The translations under genes and the position numbers were made by a program. DNA of 58,954 nucleotides from Bacteroidota bacterium (GTDB lineage: Bacteria; Bacteroidota; Bacteroidia; Bacteroidales; VadinHA17), in assembly GCA_011042635.1 (NCBI GenBank), contig DQWH01000161.1, positions 1-58,954 on the forward strand. The letters are read 5' to 3'. The notes under the pieces are model-generated. The model was not told where the DNA came from. It searched no databases and worked only from the letters and a program-made list of their open reading frames with translations. Each line of letters opens with the position of its first letter. The stretch's first letter is position 1. This document shows, piece by piece, positions 50,090 to 58,954 of the stretch.

Positions 50090-51166
50090 TCAAATGCTGC
50101 CGTTCAAAAATAACGGCAGGTATTGCGACAGGAATTTATCGATCAGCACGGGAAAAGCAATGGATTCCCAGTTTGTTACGGAAACTGTGGTTTCTCCTGG
50201 CTGCAGAGCGGGCAGGGAATCCCGGGTTTCCGCATGATAAAATACGGCGCGTATTTTCCTGTGCGATAATATGTGTGTTATGATACCGGAATGATATTTC
50301 AGGTGCAGGGGGCCGGTCCGTTTTTCCAGTCTTTTCCACCATTCGTTCCCTGTAAGCTGACCTGGTTCAATCTGAGAGGTTGATTCAAACAGGGGAAATT
50401 CATACAGACCCTTCCAGATATCCTGCTTTTCCCGCTTTTTCAGTAGCATATCCAGTTGGCCGGTCAACAACACGTAATTGAAATACCGCTCTTCGGATGC
50501 CGGTTTTTTTTGTTTTACCGGCAGGTCATTCACCCGTCCGGTAATATATGCCAGGCAATCCTTTCTGAAAGGACATGCATGGCAGGGAGGGCGGAACGGA
50601 GTGCATTGCAGGGCACCGAATTCCATGATGGCCTGATTATGCAGGGCCGGATTTTTTCGGTTCATAACCTTTCCGGCCTTTTCGGTCACAGCCTTTTTCC
50701 CTGCAGCCGTACCCACCGGATGCACAATACCGAATAAACGGGCCAGGAAGCGGTACACATTTCCATCGACCACAGGAACCGGTTCGTTAAACGCAAATGA
50801 GGCAATGGCGGCCGCTGTATATGGACCTATGCCCCTGAGGCGGAGTATGTTTTCATATCCTGAAGGGAATTTCCCCTCGTATTCATTCAGGATGCGGATA
50901 GCTGTGACATGCATGTTCCGGGCCCGGCTATAATATCCCAGGCCTTTCCATACGTGCATTACCTCGTCGGGCCGGGCTCGGGCCAGATCTTCCAGCCGGG
51001 GGAATTTTTTCAGGAACCGATGGTAATAGGAGATACCCTGGCTGACCCTGGTTTGCTGAAGAATAATTTCCGAAACCCAGATATGGTATGCATTTCCTGT
51101 ATTCCTCCAGGGAAGGTCTCTTCTGTTTTTTCCGTACCAGGTCTGTAACACATTTCCAACGTTCAT
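50090..51166 (-). CDS. mutY: A/G-specific adenine DNA glycosylase
   Basis: HhH-GPD region (LRGIGPYTAAAIASFAF), Fe-S cluster spacing C-X6-C-X2-C-X5-C (CTPFRPPCHACPFRKDC), and a C-terminal NUDIX-like domain. Confidence 0.93.
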   Translation of the reverse strand: MNVGNVLQTWYGKNRRDLPWRNTGNAYHIWVSEIILQQTRVSQGISYYHRFLKKFPRLEDLARARPDEVMHVWKGLGYYSRARNMHVTAIRILNEYEGKFPSGYENILRLRGIGPYTAAAIASFAFNEPVPVVDGNVYRFLARLFGIVHPVGTAAGKKAVTEKAGKVMNRKNPALHNQAIMEFGALQCTPFRPPCHACPFRKDCLAYITGRVNDLPVKQKKPASEERYFNYVLLTGQLDMLLKKREKQDIWKGLYEFPLFESTSQIEPGQLTGNEWWKRLEKRTGPLHLKYHSGIITHILSHRKIRAVFYHAETRDSLPALQPGETTVSVTNWESIAFPVLIDKFLSQYLPLFLNGSI

Positions 51167-51203
51167 ACCCTTATAATGACCTGAAAATAAAATATCACCG
51201 ATT

Positions 51204-51211
51204 CAAAAATA
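51204..51211 (-). promoter_or_regulatory. Candidate -7 promoter element TAttTTTG for mutY
   Basis: Plus strand CAAAAATA matches TAnnTTTG on the minus strand, 38 nt upstream of the mutY start. Confidence 0.4.
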
Positions 51212-51246
51212 ATTAATGCAGATTTCATTTATAAACATAAAACTTT

Positions 51247-51254
51247 TATATTTG
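51247..51254 (+). promoter_or_regulatory. Candidate -7 promoter element TAtaTTTG for the HU gene
   Basis: Exact TAnnTTTG match, 53 nt before the ATG at 51308, in an AT-rich divergent intergenic region. Confidence 0.45.
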
Positions 51255-51307
51255 CAATTCGTAAGCGAAAACTTATTCTAATTAACTGATAATTAAAGAT
51301 ATTAAAA

Positions 51308-51595
51308 ATGACTAAGGCTGATATTGTAAATGAAATTTCCAAAAACACGGGAATTGAAAAGGTAACTGTTCAAAAAACAGTGGAAGCTTTCATGGAAACG
51401 GTAAAAGAATCCCTGGTAAAGGATAAAAACGTATACCTGAGGGGATTCGGCAGTTTTATCGTAAAAAAACGCGCGAAAAAAACTGCCCGTAATATTTCAA
51501 AAAACACTACCATCATTATTCCGGAACATTTCATTCCTTCTTTCAAGCCTGCCAAATCATTTATTAACCGGGTAAAAGCTAACGTCAAGAGGTAG
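51308..51595 (+). CDS. hup: HU-family DNA-binding protein
   Basis: 95 aa with MTKADIVNEISKNTGI...VYLRGFGSF...ARNISKNT...IP...PSFKP. Confidence 0.92.
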   Translation: MTKADIVNEISKNTGIEKVTVQKTVEAFMETVKESLVKDKNVYLRGFGSFIVKKRAKKTARNISKNTTIIIPEHFIPSFKPAKSFINRVKANVKR

Positions 51596-51628
51596 GGTTC
51601 CTTTATTTTTTGATTCAATATTTATACC

Positions 51629-51721
51629 ATGCCAAGCGGAAAGAAAAGAAAGAGACATAAGATGGCTACCCACAAACGCAAAAAGCGTTTGCGCAAAAAC
51701 AGGCATAAGAAGAAGAAATAG
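51629..51721 (+). CDS. 30-aa Arg/Lys-rich ORF, bS22-like small ribosomal protein candidate
   Basis: Not in the ORF track. Hand translation gives MPSGKKRKRHKMATHKRKKRLRKNRHKKKK then TAG. It is followed by a 15-bp-stem hairpin at 51751..51782. The pattern resembles the KRRKRM..KKHRK.LR core of bS22/AURKAIP1-type proteins. Confidence 0.5.
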   Translation: MPSGKKRKRHKMATHKRKKRLRKNRHKKKK

Positions 51722-51750
51722 TATTCCTGAAAGCTTTGTGGTAAAAGAAT

Positions 51751-51782
51751 GAACCTAAAGGCCCGCCCGGGCCTTTAGGTTC
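51751..51782 (+). terminator. Strong stem-loop downstream of HU and the small basic ORF
   Basis: GAACCTAAAGGCCCG-cc-CGGGCCTTTAGGTTC. No T tract follows, so intrinsic termination is not certain. Confidence 0.55.
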
Positions 51783-51839
51783 ATTATCATACACATACCA
51801 TAGCGGGAATCCATTCAGCCATGAGTAAATGAAGCGAAT

Positions 51840-53390
51840 GTGGAAAAAGAACTGGTAATTGATGTATCTTCTTCAGAAATTACGATTGCCCTTCTTGAAG
51901 ATAAGAGGCTGGTTGAACTAAGAAAGGAAAAGAGTAATCTTCAGTTTGCAGTAGGAGATATTTATCTGGGAAGGGTGAAGAAGGTTATGCCGGGTTTGAA
52001 TGCGGCATTCATTGATGTAGGCTACGAAAAGGATGCCTTCCTGCATTATCTTGATCTTGGTCCGCAATTCAGCTCACTGAGCAAATTTTTGCATCAGCTT
52101 CTCCAGAAGAAGAGCAAATCCATATCCTTCGGAAGGGTTAAACGCGAACCGGATATCGACAAGGACGGCAAGATAATCGATGTGCTGAAGCCCGGGCAGC
52201 CGGTAATGGTGCAGGTTGCCAAGGAACCCATATCCACCAAAGGTCCCCGCCTTACCTCGGAAATCTCCATCGCCGGAAGGAACCTGGTACTGATCCCGTT
52301 TTCCGATAAGGTTTCCGTTTCACAGAAAATTGAATCGAATGTAGAACGGGTCAGACTGAAAAACCTGTTGATGAGCATCCGTCCTAAAAATTACGGGGTT
52401 ATTGTCCGTACGGTGGCCGAAAACAAAAAGGTGGCCGAGCTGGATCAGGAGTTACGTGGATTGGTGAGGAAATGGGAATACGGATTTCAGGCTGTGAAGG
52501 AAGAAAATCTGCCCCAGCTGGTTATCAGCGAAATGAACCGGACTTCTGCTTTGCTTCGCGATATTTTCAGTACCAGTTTCAACCGGATCTGGGTGAATGA
52601 TGAAAGGGTTTATCAGGAAACCCGCGAATACATTGCCTCCATATCTCCCGACCAGGAAAAAATTGTCAAACTGTACAAGGGGGGACAGCCGATTTTCGAT
52701 TACCTGAACCTGAACAAACAAATTAAGTCGTCGTTTGGAAAGACCGTTTCATTGAAAGACGGGTCCTACCTGATCATTGAGCATACGGAGGCCCTGCATG
52801 TAATTGATGTGAACAGCGGAAACCGGTCGAAGAGTTTCAAGGATCAGGAAACCAATGCTCTGGAAGTCAACCTGGCCGCCGCCGAAGAGATTGCCAGGCA
52901 GCTGAGGTTGCGGGATATGGGCGGAATCATTGTGGTCGATTTCATCGATATGCATTCCAACGAGCACAAACAGAAGCTCTACGACCGGATGCGCGAGATC
53001 ATGGAATCGGACCGTACCAAACATAATATTTTACCGCTCAGCAAATTCGGTCTGATGCAGATCACCCGGCAAAGGGTGCGGCCTGAGATGCATATCCTAA
53101 CAGAAGAAACCTGCCCTTCCTGCAAAGGTACCGGGAAAATATCATCCAGCGCCCTGCTTGAGGATGAGCTGAAAATACATATCCGCAGCCTGGTGGAAGA
53201 GAAAAAAATCAAAAAATTTATCCTCCGATTACATCCTTACATTGCGGCGTACCTGACTCATGGTTTCCGGTCGATCAGGAAAAAATGGAACCGGGAATTC
53301 GGATGCCGTATTATCATTGAATCTTCCTATGCCTATTCGTTCATGGAATACCATTTTTTTCTTCCTTCCGGGGAGGAGATTGAACTGTAA
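51840..53390 (+). CDS. rng: Ribonuclease E/G family protein (RNase G-like)
   Basis: 516 aa with the S1 domain GDIYLGRVKKVMPGLNAAFIDVG, catalytic region ...HVIDVNSG... and ...IIVVDFIDM..., and a Zn-link-like CPSCKGTG. GTG start. Confidence 0.9.
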   Translation: MEKELVIDVSSSEITIALLEDKRLVELRKEKSNLQFAVGDIYLGRVKKVMPGLNAAFIDVGYEKDAFLHYLDLGPQFSSLSKFLHQLLQKKSKSISFGRVKREPDIDKDGKIIDVLKPGQPVMVQVAKEPISTKGPRLTSEISIAGRNLVLIPFSDKVSVSQKIESNVERVRLKNLLMSIRPKNYGVIVRTVAENKKVAELDQELRGLVRKWEYGFQAVKEENLPQLVISEMNRTSALLRDIFSTSFNRIWVNDERVYQETREYIASISPDQEKIVKLYKGGQPIFDYLNLNKQIKSSFGKTVSLKDGSYLIIEHTEALHVIDVNSGNRSKSFKDQETNALEVNLAAAEEIARQLRLRDMGGIIVVDFIDMHSNEHKQKLYDRMREIMESDRTKHNILPLSKFGLMQITRQRVRPEMHILTEETCPSCKGTGKISSSALLEDELKIHIRSLVEEKKIKKFILRLHPYIAAYLTHGFRSIRKKWNREFGCRIIIESSYAYSFMEYHFFLPSGEEIEL

Positions 53391-53467
53391 GCGGGTTTTC
53401 TTGTTTATGCTTCCGGATTTTTTCAAAATAGATTTTTTAATTTGTGCTTTTTCATAAACCAAGAAAG

Positions 53468-55516
53468 ATGAAAAGAACTGTCTTTGTACTGGTTGTTACT
53501 CTTATGCTGAATGCCACGCAAGGGACGGCCCAGATAGTAGATCCCGTTACCTGGAAATTCAGTGCCGAAAAAATCAATGAAACGGAATATGCCCTTCTGT
53601 TTACGGCCAGCATAGACCAGGGGTGGCATCTTTATTCCCAGGACATACCATCGGGAGGTCCTATTCCCACCACTTTTACATTTCATCCTTCCGACAGTTA
53701 TGAGCGGCTGGGAGAGGTGGTGGAAACCATTGAGCCGGAAGTGAAATATGACGAAAGCTTCAAGATGGACCTGAAGATGTTCAGCGTTCAGGCAGTGTTC
53801 AGGCAGGTAATCCGTCCGCTTGTTCCCGGATCATTTGAAGTGAACGGAACAGTGGAGTTTATGAGTTGTGACGATGAACGTTGCCTGCCCCCGAGGGAGG
53901 AGGATTTCAGCATTATGATCCCGCCGGGGGATGAATCTGCTGAAGAAGAGGCAACCGGGGAACAAACAGTTACATCATCAGGGGATGCTCCTGGCATTAT
54001 GACTCCTACTGTTGAACTGAGCACCGGAGATACGGATGCCGGAAGTCAGGGTGACTTTCAGGGAAAATCATTGTGGGGATTGTTTTTTGTGGCTTTCCTG
54101 CTTGGTTTTGCCGGAGTGCTTACCCCGTGTGTCTACCCCATGATTCCCATGACTGTTACTTTTTTCATGCGGGGAAGTGAAAACCGGCGCAGGGCTCTGT
54201 TCCAGGCGCTTGTATTCGGGTTTTCCATTGTAGCCATCTATACCCTGATCGGTCTGATCATTTCCCTTACCAGTGCCGGTGCGAATTTTGCCAACGTGCT
54301 GAGTACGCACTGGATCCCGAACCTGATTTTCTTTCTTTTATTCCTGATATTTGCCGCTTCCTTCCTGGGAATGTTCGAGATAGTCATTCCGGGCAGTTTG
54401 ACCAGTAAGGTGGACCGCCACGCCGACCGCGGCGGTTTTCTGGGTGCCTTTTTCATGGCTCTTACTCTGACCCTGGTGTCTTTCAGCTGTACGGGCCCTA
54501 TTGTGGGATATTTGCTGGTGCAGGCAGCTACGGGCGAAGTGCTTGAACCCCTGGTGGGGATGTTTGGCTTCTCTGTGGCATTTGCTCTGCCCTTTACCCT
54601 GCTTGCCTTTTCTCCGTCGTTGCTGAAAAGTTTGCCGAAATCAGGAGGCTGGCTCAATTCAGTCAAAGTGGTAATGGGTTTTATCATTCTGGCTTTCGGT
54701 TTTAAATTCCTCTCCAATATCGACCAGGTTTATCACCTGGGAATCCTGAGCCGCGATTTGTATCTGGCCATATGGATTGTGCTTTTTACCATCCTGGGCT
54801 TTTATCTGCTGGGGAAGATCAGGTTTGTACACGACAGTGACCTGCCGTTCGTAGGGGTGCCGCGTCTCATCCTGGCCGTTGCTTCGTTCAGCTTTGCCCT
54901 GTATATGGTGCCGGGATTGTTCGGTGCGCCTCTGATCGGAATATCGGGAATTCTTCCTCCTCAGAAAGCCCAGCAATTTGATCTCACCGAATATGCCGGA
55001 TACCCTGGCAAACAGGTTGACGGTTCGGGCACGCTCTGTGATGAACCCCGGTACAGCGACCTGTTTTCCTTGCCTCACGGTTTGCAGGGATATTTTGATT
55101 ACGAACAGGGTATGGTCTGTGCCAGGGACTTGAACAAGCCGGTATTGCTTGACTTTAAGGGCCATGCTTGCAGTAATTGCAAGGAAATGGAAGCAACGGT
55201 ATGGTCGGATCCGGGAGTACTGCAAAGATTAAAGGATGATTATGTAATCATTGCCCTGTATACCGATGACAAGACAAAACTTCCTGAAGACGAATGGATC
55301 ACTTCGGAATATGACGGTAAAGTAAAAGACCGTATCGGAAAGAAAAATGCCGATCTGCAGATTACCCGTTTTGGGGCCAATACCCAGCCATTTTACGCTC
55401 CGGTGGATCACAACGGGGAATTGCTCACTGCCCCCATGGGATACAACCTGGATGCGGAAGCATTCCGGGATTTTCTGGATCGTGGGGTAGCTGAATTCGA
55501 AAGAAGGTCCCGTTGA
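53468..55516 (+). CDS. dsbD: Thiol:disulfide interchange protein DsbD-like (N-terminal periplasmic domain, CcdA-type TM core, C-terminal thioredoxin)
   Basis: The TM core has the CVYPMIP motif and a second TM Cys (SFSCTGP). The C-terminal thioredoxin fold has CSNC. I prefer the ATG at 53468 (MKRTVFVLVV signal). Confidence 0.85.
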   Translation: MKRTVFVLVVTLMLNATQGTAQIVDPVTWKFSAEKINETEYALLFTASIDQGWHLYSQDIPSGGPIPTTFTFHPSDSYERLGEVVETIEPEVKYDESFKMDLKMFSVQAVFRQVIRPLVPGSFEVNGTVEFMSCDDERCLPPREEDFSIMIPPGDESAEEEATGEQTVTSSGDAPGIMTPTVELSTGDTDAGSQGDFQGKSLWGLFFVAFLLGFAGVLTPCVYPMIPMTVTFFMRGSENRRRALFQALVFGFSIVAIYTLIGLIISLTSAGANFANVLSTHWIPNLIFFLLFLIFAASFLGMFEIVIPGSLTSKVDRHADRGGFLGAFFMALTLTLVSFSCTGPIVGYLLVQAATGEVLEPLVGMFGFSVAFALPFTLLAFSPSLLKSLPKSGGWLNSVKVVMGFIILAFGFKFLSNIDQVYHLGILSRDLYLAIWIVLFTILGFYLLGKIRFVHDSDLPFVGVPRLILAVASFSFALYMVPGLFGAPLIGISGILPPQKAQQFDLTEYAGYPGKQVDGSGTLCDEPRYSDLFSLPHGLQGYFDYEQGMVCARDLNKPVLLDFKGHACSNCKEMEATVWSDPGVLQRLKDDYVIIALYTDDKTKLPEDEWITSEYDGKVKDRIGKKNADLQITRFGANTQPFYAPVDHNGELLTAPMGYNLDAEAFRDFLDRGVAEFERRSR

Positions 55517-55537
55517 GGAACAGACAAGGCATATTTC

Positions 55538-56422
55538 TCAGAGCCTGGCAGCTTTTTTCTTGTTAACCAGATACACTCCCGCCAGAACAACCAGAACCCA
55601 CAGGAATTGTTGGAATCCGAACGATTCGCCGTCGAAAACCCCCCACATGATGGCAAAAGCCGGTATGAGATAGGTGACCGATGCTCCGAAGATGGCCGAT
55701 GTTCTTCTCACCAGTTCATTGAACAGGATGGTGGCGATAAAGGATCCGAAAAAAGCCAGGAGAGCAATGTATCCGAAATTTTTCCAGTGGTCTGGTGTAG
55801 CCATGGCTGCACTGTAGTCGGAAAAGATCAGGTAGATGCCCGCAACCGGACCTATGAACAGGAATGCCAGTGATGAGATGGTGGCTCCGTCCATCTGAGG
55901 CAGATAATTCCTGATTTCATTTACACTGATGGCGTAGAACAGGGTAGCCAGAATAATGAGTAGGGCGAACCAGGGATTCCCCCCGTTCAATGTGAGTCCT
56001 CCGTTGTATATCAGACCGATGGCCCCGATAAACCCGAGGAATAATCCGATAACATGGGTCAGCAGGAAGCTGGTTTTATAGATCAGGATCCCTACGAGCA
56101 GGGTAAACAGCGGTGTACAGGAATTGAGAATACCGGCCAGGGAACTGTTGATCTGGGTTTGGGCGGTTGTGAAAAGAAATGCGGGGAAAAAGTTCCCGAT
56201 AAAACCAACGATCAGAATGGATCTCAGATTTTTCCGGTTCAATCGTTTCAATCGCTGTAAAATCATGGGCAGGAGGAAAACAAAGGAAAGGAAGATGCGG
56301 AAAGCAGCTACCTGGTACTGATTGAATGATTCCAGACCGCGTTTCATCAATATGAAGGAGGATCCCCAGATCAGGGAAAGTAACAGGAGGACAGTCCATT
56401 GCCATCTCTTCTTCTCGAGCAT
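55538..56422 (-). CDS. EamA/DMT-family transporter
   Basis: Ten-TM pattern with two EamA-like halves. The tracked TTG start (56440) lies inside a -7 promoter motif, so I prefer the ATG at 56422. Confidence 0.8.
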   Translation of the reverse strand: MLEKKRWQWTVLLLLSLIWGSSFILMKRGLESFNQYQVAAFRIFLSFVFLLPMILQRLKRLNRKNLRSILIVGFIGNFFPAFLFTTAQTQINSSLAGILNSCTPLFTLLVGILIYKTSFLLTHVIGLFLGFIGAIGLIYNGGLTLNGGNPWFALLIILATLFYAISVNEIRNYLPQMDGATISSLAFLFIGPVAGIYLIFSDYSAAMATPDHWKNFGYIALLAFFGSFIATILFNELVRRTSAIFGASVTYLIPAFAIMWGVFDGESFGFQQFLWVLVVLAGVYLVNKKKAARL

Positions 56423-56437
56423 AATCCAAAATATGGG

Positions 56438-56445
56438 CAAAGATA
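56438..56445 (-). promoter_or_regulatory. Candidate -7 promoter element TAtcTTTG for the EamA transporter gene
   Basis: Plus strand CAAAGATA matches TAnnTTTG on the minus strand, 15 nt upstream of the ATG at 56422. Confidence 0.4.
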
Positions 56446-56522
56446 GAAATTTGAAAAGAATATCAGGAAGGTAACCGTTAAGACAAAAAGTTCCGATTGC
56501 TTATCTTTAAAAACAAAAAAGC

Positions 56523-57947
56523 ATGGAAACGTATCCGATATATGTGGGAGGTACATTCCGGGAAACCGGGACCGACCTTCCGGTAAGGAACCCTTATTCA
56601 GGGGAGATCGTTGCCGGGACATACCTGGCCGGGAAATCTGAGCTGGAAGATGCTATCCGGAAAGCAGAGGAGGTATCAGGAGAGTTACAGGCATTACCCG
56701 GCTATTACAGATACAATATTCTGGAAAGCATTTCTTCCATGATCTCAGCCGAACGTGAACGACTTGCCAGTGTGCTGGCCATGGAATCGGGGAAACCGCT
56801 GAAGTATGCTCTGGGAGAAATTGATCGCGCCATCCAGGTTTTTCATGTTGCGGCAGAAGAATCAAGACGCCTTCCACGGGAATATATAGGTCTGGACTGG
56901 ACTCCTGCCGGCAGTGGGAAGGAAGGTCTGGTAAAATATTTCCCGCTTGGACTGGTGGCCGGTATTTCTCCGTTTAATTTCCCTCTGAATCTTGCGGTTC
57001 ATAAAATTGCTCCCGCTATGGCTGCCGGGAATTCCATTATTCTGAAACCCGCCCGGTCAACTCCGCTGTCGGTTCTTGAACTTGCAAAGCTGATCAACCG
57101 GAGCGGATGGCCTGCCGGTGGTGTTTCCATCCTGCCCATGGACCGGAAGGCCGGGAACCAGCTGGCGACCGATGAACGGTTTCATATGCTATCATTTACA
57201 GGTTCACCCGAAGTGGGATGGGCCATGAAAAGCCAGGCAGGGAAAAAGAAAGTGTTGCTGGAACTGGGCGGGAATGCCGGTGTGGTGGTATCCCGTTCTG
57301 CCGATCTTGGTACGGCTGTGAGCAAATGCCTGTCGGGTGGTTTTGCCTATTCCGGTCAGGTGTGCATCCATGTGCAGAGGATTTTTGTACATACAAATCT
57401 GTTCGATTCATTTATTGAGAAATTTGTGGCCGGTGCGGAAAAACTGAAGTATGGAAACCCCCTGGATCCTGATACCGATATTTCCGTGATGATTGATGAA
57501 GAAAATGCCCTGAGGGTGGAGGAATGGATCAGAGAAGCGGAGAAAGGGGGTGCAAAAGTCCTTTGCGGAGGAAAAAGAAGGGGCAGCTTTGTGGAACCGA
57601 CGATTCTTACCGGAACCCTTCCTGATATGAAAGTATGGGCCCTGGAGGTATTTGGGCCGGTGGTGAGTGTGGAACCCTTTGATGATTTTTCCGAAGCCAT
57701 CCGTATGATCAACGATTCGAGATACGGGTTACAGGCGGGAGTTTTTACCCGCGATCTGGCCGAGGAACAATATGCTTTTGAATATACCCGTACCGGCGCA
57801 GTGATTATGAATGATGTGCCCACATTTCGTATCGATCATATGCCTTACGGAGGAATAAAAGATTCGGGATTCGGAAGAGAAGGAGTGAAATATGCCATTT
57901 CTGAAATGATGGAACCCCGGTTGCTGGTGCGCTCCCGTTTGATTTAG
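56523..57947 (+). CDS. NAD(P)-dependent aldehyde dehydrogenase family protein
   Basis: 474 aa with catalytic Glu context LELGGNAG and Cys context YSGQVCIHVQR. Substrate cannot be assigned from sequence alone. Confidence 0.88.
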   Translation: METYPIYVGGTFRETGTDLPVRNPYSGEIVAGTYLAGKSELEDAIRKAEEVSGELQALPGYYRYNILESISSMISAERERLASVLAMESGKPLKYALGEIDRAIQVFHVAAEESRRLPREYIGLDWTPAGSGKEGLVKYFPLGLVAGISPFNFPLNLAVHKIAPAMAAGNSIILKPARSTPLSVLELAKLINRSGWPAGGVSILPMDRKAGNQLATDERFHMLSFTGSPEVGWAMKSQAGKKKVLLELGGNAGVVVSRSADLGTAVSKCLSGGFAYSGQVCIHVQRIFVHTNLFDSFIEKFVAGAEKLKYGNPLDPDTDISVMIDEENALRVEEWIREAEKGGAKVLCGGKRRGSFVEPTILTGTLPDMKVWALEVFGPVVSVEPFDDFSEAIRMINDSRYGLQAGVFTRDLAEEQYAFEYTRTGAVIMNDVPTFRIDHMPYGGIKDSGFGREGVKYAISEMMEPRLLVRSRLI

Positions 57948-58122
57948 AATACATTTTATCCGGATTGATGACTTTGGTGCAATATTTGTACGCCTGTGAT
58001 AGGATTTTTATTATCCCTGAGAAAATTGTTCATTAATTTTTCTTATTTTCACCCCCTTAAAATTTACCCTGTACAGGCAAATGGGACTGAAAGAGGGAAA
58101 ATGTCGGAGGATTGAGTAAAGG

Positions 58123-58752
58123 ATGAATGCATTATTGTTATTGAAGGGTTTGCTTATTGGGTTGGCAGTATCGGTGCCTCTCGGTCCCATGGGCATGGTA
58201 TGTGTAACGCGCACTCTGAACAACGGAAGATACAGCGGATTTTTTTCCGGATTAGGGGCTGCTACGGCCGATACCATTTTTGCGCTGGTCACCGGATTCG
58301 GAATTACGTATATCATTAATTTCATTCACCAGCAGGAACTTTACTTTCAGACTCTGGGCGGAATATTTATCATGTATTTCGGCTGGCGCCTTTTCAGCAC
58401 CAATCCTGTGAAAAAATTCAGAAGCAAAAAAGTGTCAAGAAACAACCTGGTACAGGATTTCGTTTCCGTGTTGCTGTTCACCCTTTCCAATCCCATGGCC
58501 ATTCTGTTGTTTCTTGGTATTTTTACCGCCTTGAATGTGGTACTTGACCAGACCAGCCTGTTACAGAATATTATTCTGTTTACGGGAGTGTTTGTGGGGG
58601 CTTCCCTCTGGTGGTTTTTTCTCAGTTCACTGGTATACAGTTTGCGTACGCGCCTGCGTCTGCGCGGATTGCTCTGGGTAAACCGAATTTCAGGCGGTTT
58701 TCTGGTACTGGTAGGGTCGATTGTGATCATCAGCCTTTTCTTTCCCCACTAG
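58123..58752 (+). CDS. LysE/RhtB-family amino-acid exporter
   Basis: 209 aa, six TM helices, with N-terminal ...GLAVSVPLGPMGMVCV... typical of the LysE superfamily. Confidence 0.75.
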   Translation: MNALLLLKGLLIGLAVSVPLGPMGMVCVTRTLNNGRYSGFFSGLGAATADTIFALVTGFGITYIINFIHQQELYFQTLGGIFIMYFGWRLFSTNPVKKFRSKKVSRNNLVQDFVSVLLFTLSNPMAILLFLGIFTALNVVLDQTSLLQNIILFTGVFVGASLWWFFLSSLVYSLRTRLRLRGLLWVNRISGGFLVLVGSIVIISLFFPH

Positions 58753-58855
58753 TTACTGCCAGCATCCTTTTCCTTATTATTGATTCATGCATTGAACATT
58801 CCCATTGGCGGATTGTTTCCTGTTGATTGAGTTGGATAGACTAAAAACCGGAAAT

Positions 58856-58954
58856 ATGAAAACAATCAGGCCAGGCATGACCATACTGGCGGGGTTTGTC
58901 TTTACATGGTCATCATGCAATCAGGGTTCCGGCGGGACCAGAGCAGAAACGAAA
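58856..58954 (+). CDS. Partial CDS (N-terminus only), putative lipoprotein
   Basis: MKTIRPGMTILAGFVFTWSSCNQGSGG... is a signal peptide with a lipobox-like Cys. It runs off the window end. Confidence 0.4.
   Translation, partial: MKTIRPGMTILAGFVFTWSSCNQGSGGTRAETK

Noticed and set aside
57948-58122. 175-nt gap upstream of the LysE-family exporter as a possible amino-acid riboswitch leader; ORF 58011..58325 on the minus strand.
   Set aside because: Only a weak 5-bp hairpin (AGGAT...ATCCT) is visible, and I recognise no conserved core of the lysine, glycine or guanidine riboswitches. The minus-strand ORF overlaps the LysE start and has no motifs. A covariance-model scan would be needed before making any claim.

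Overview
This window looks like a largely core Bacteroidota chromosome segment. The phylum call rests on four things: gldD/gldE, a T9SS C-terminal sorting tail, TAnnTTTG -7 promoter motifs with no Shine-Dalgarno sequences, and fusA followed directly by rpsJ with no tuf.

Layout:
- 25..2181 (-): a divergent EF-G paralog.
- 2.5-20.5 kb (+): one uninterrupted str-S10-spc-alpha ribosomal super-operon, rpsL through rplQ. It includes secY, map, infA and rpoA, plus rpmJ, which is too short for the ORF track.
- 20.6-21.9 kb: eno.
- 22-28 kb: a decayed citrate synthase gene, a large beta-propeller sensor fused to a PP2C phosphatase, and a hybrid histidine kinase split by one in-frame TAG.
- 28-59 kb: mixed housekeeping and envelope genes. 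These are hisS, hutH, an ECF sigma module, a VWA protein, ychF, a secreted hydrolase cluster (M14, alkaline phosphatase family, S8), DUF2089, TPR proteins, a mutY-ssb-gldE-gldD-PPTase-GGGPS run, HU, a tiny basic ORF, RNase G, dsbD, an EamA transporter, an aldehyde dehydrogenase and a LysE transporter.

I found no CRISPR array, tRNA or rRNA gene, transposase, integrase or recognisable defence system, and no convincing new multi-gene system.

The best leads are single-locus anomalies:
- the TAG-split hybrid kinase with degenerate ATP-binding motifs;
- the 5'-truncated, frameshifted citrate synthase;
- the EF-G paralog lacking the catalytic His;
- the propeller-PP2C sensor;
- an untracked 30-aa bS22-like ORF.

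All functional calls come from reading motifs and gene order by eye. No database search was run.
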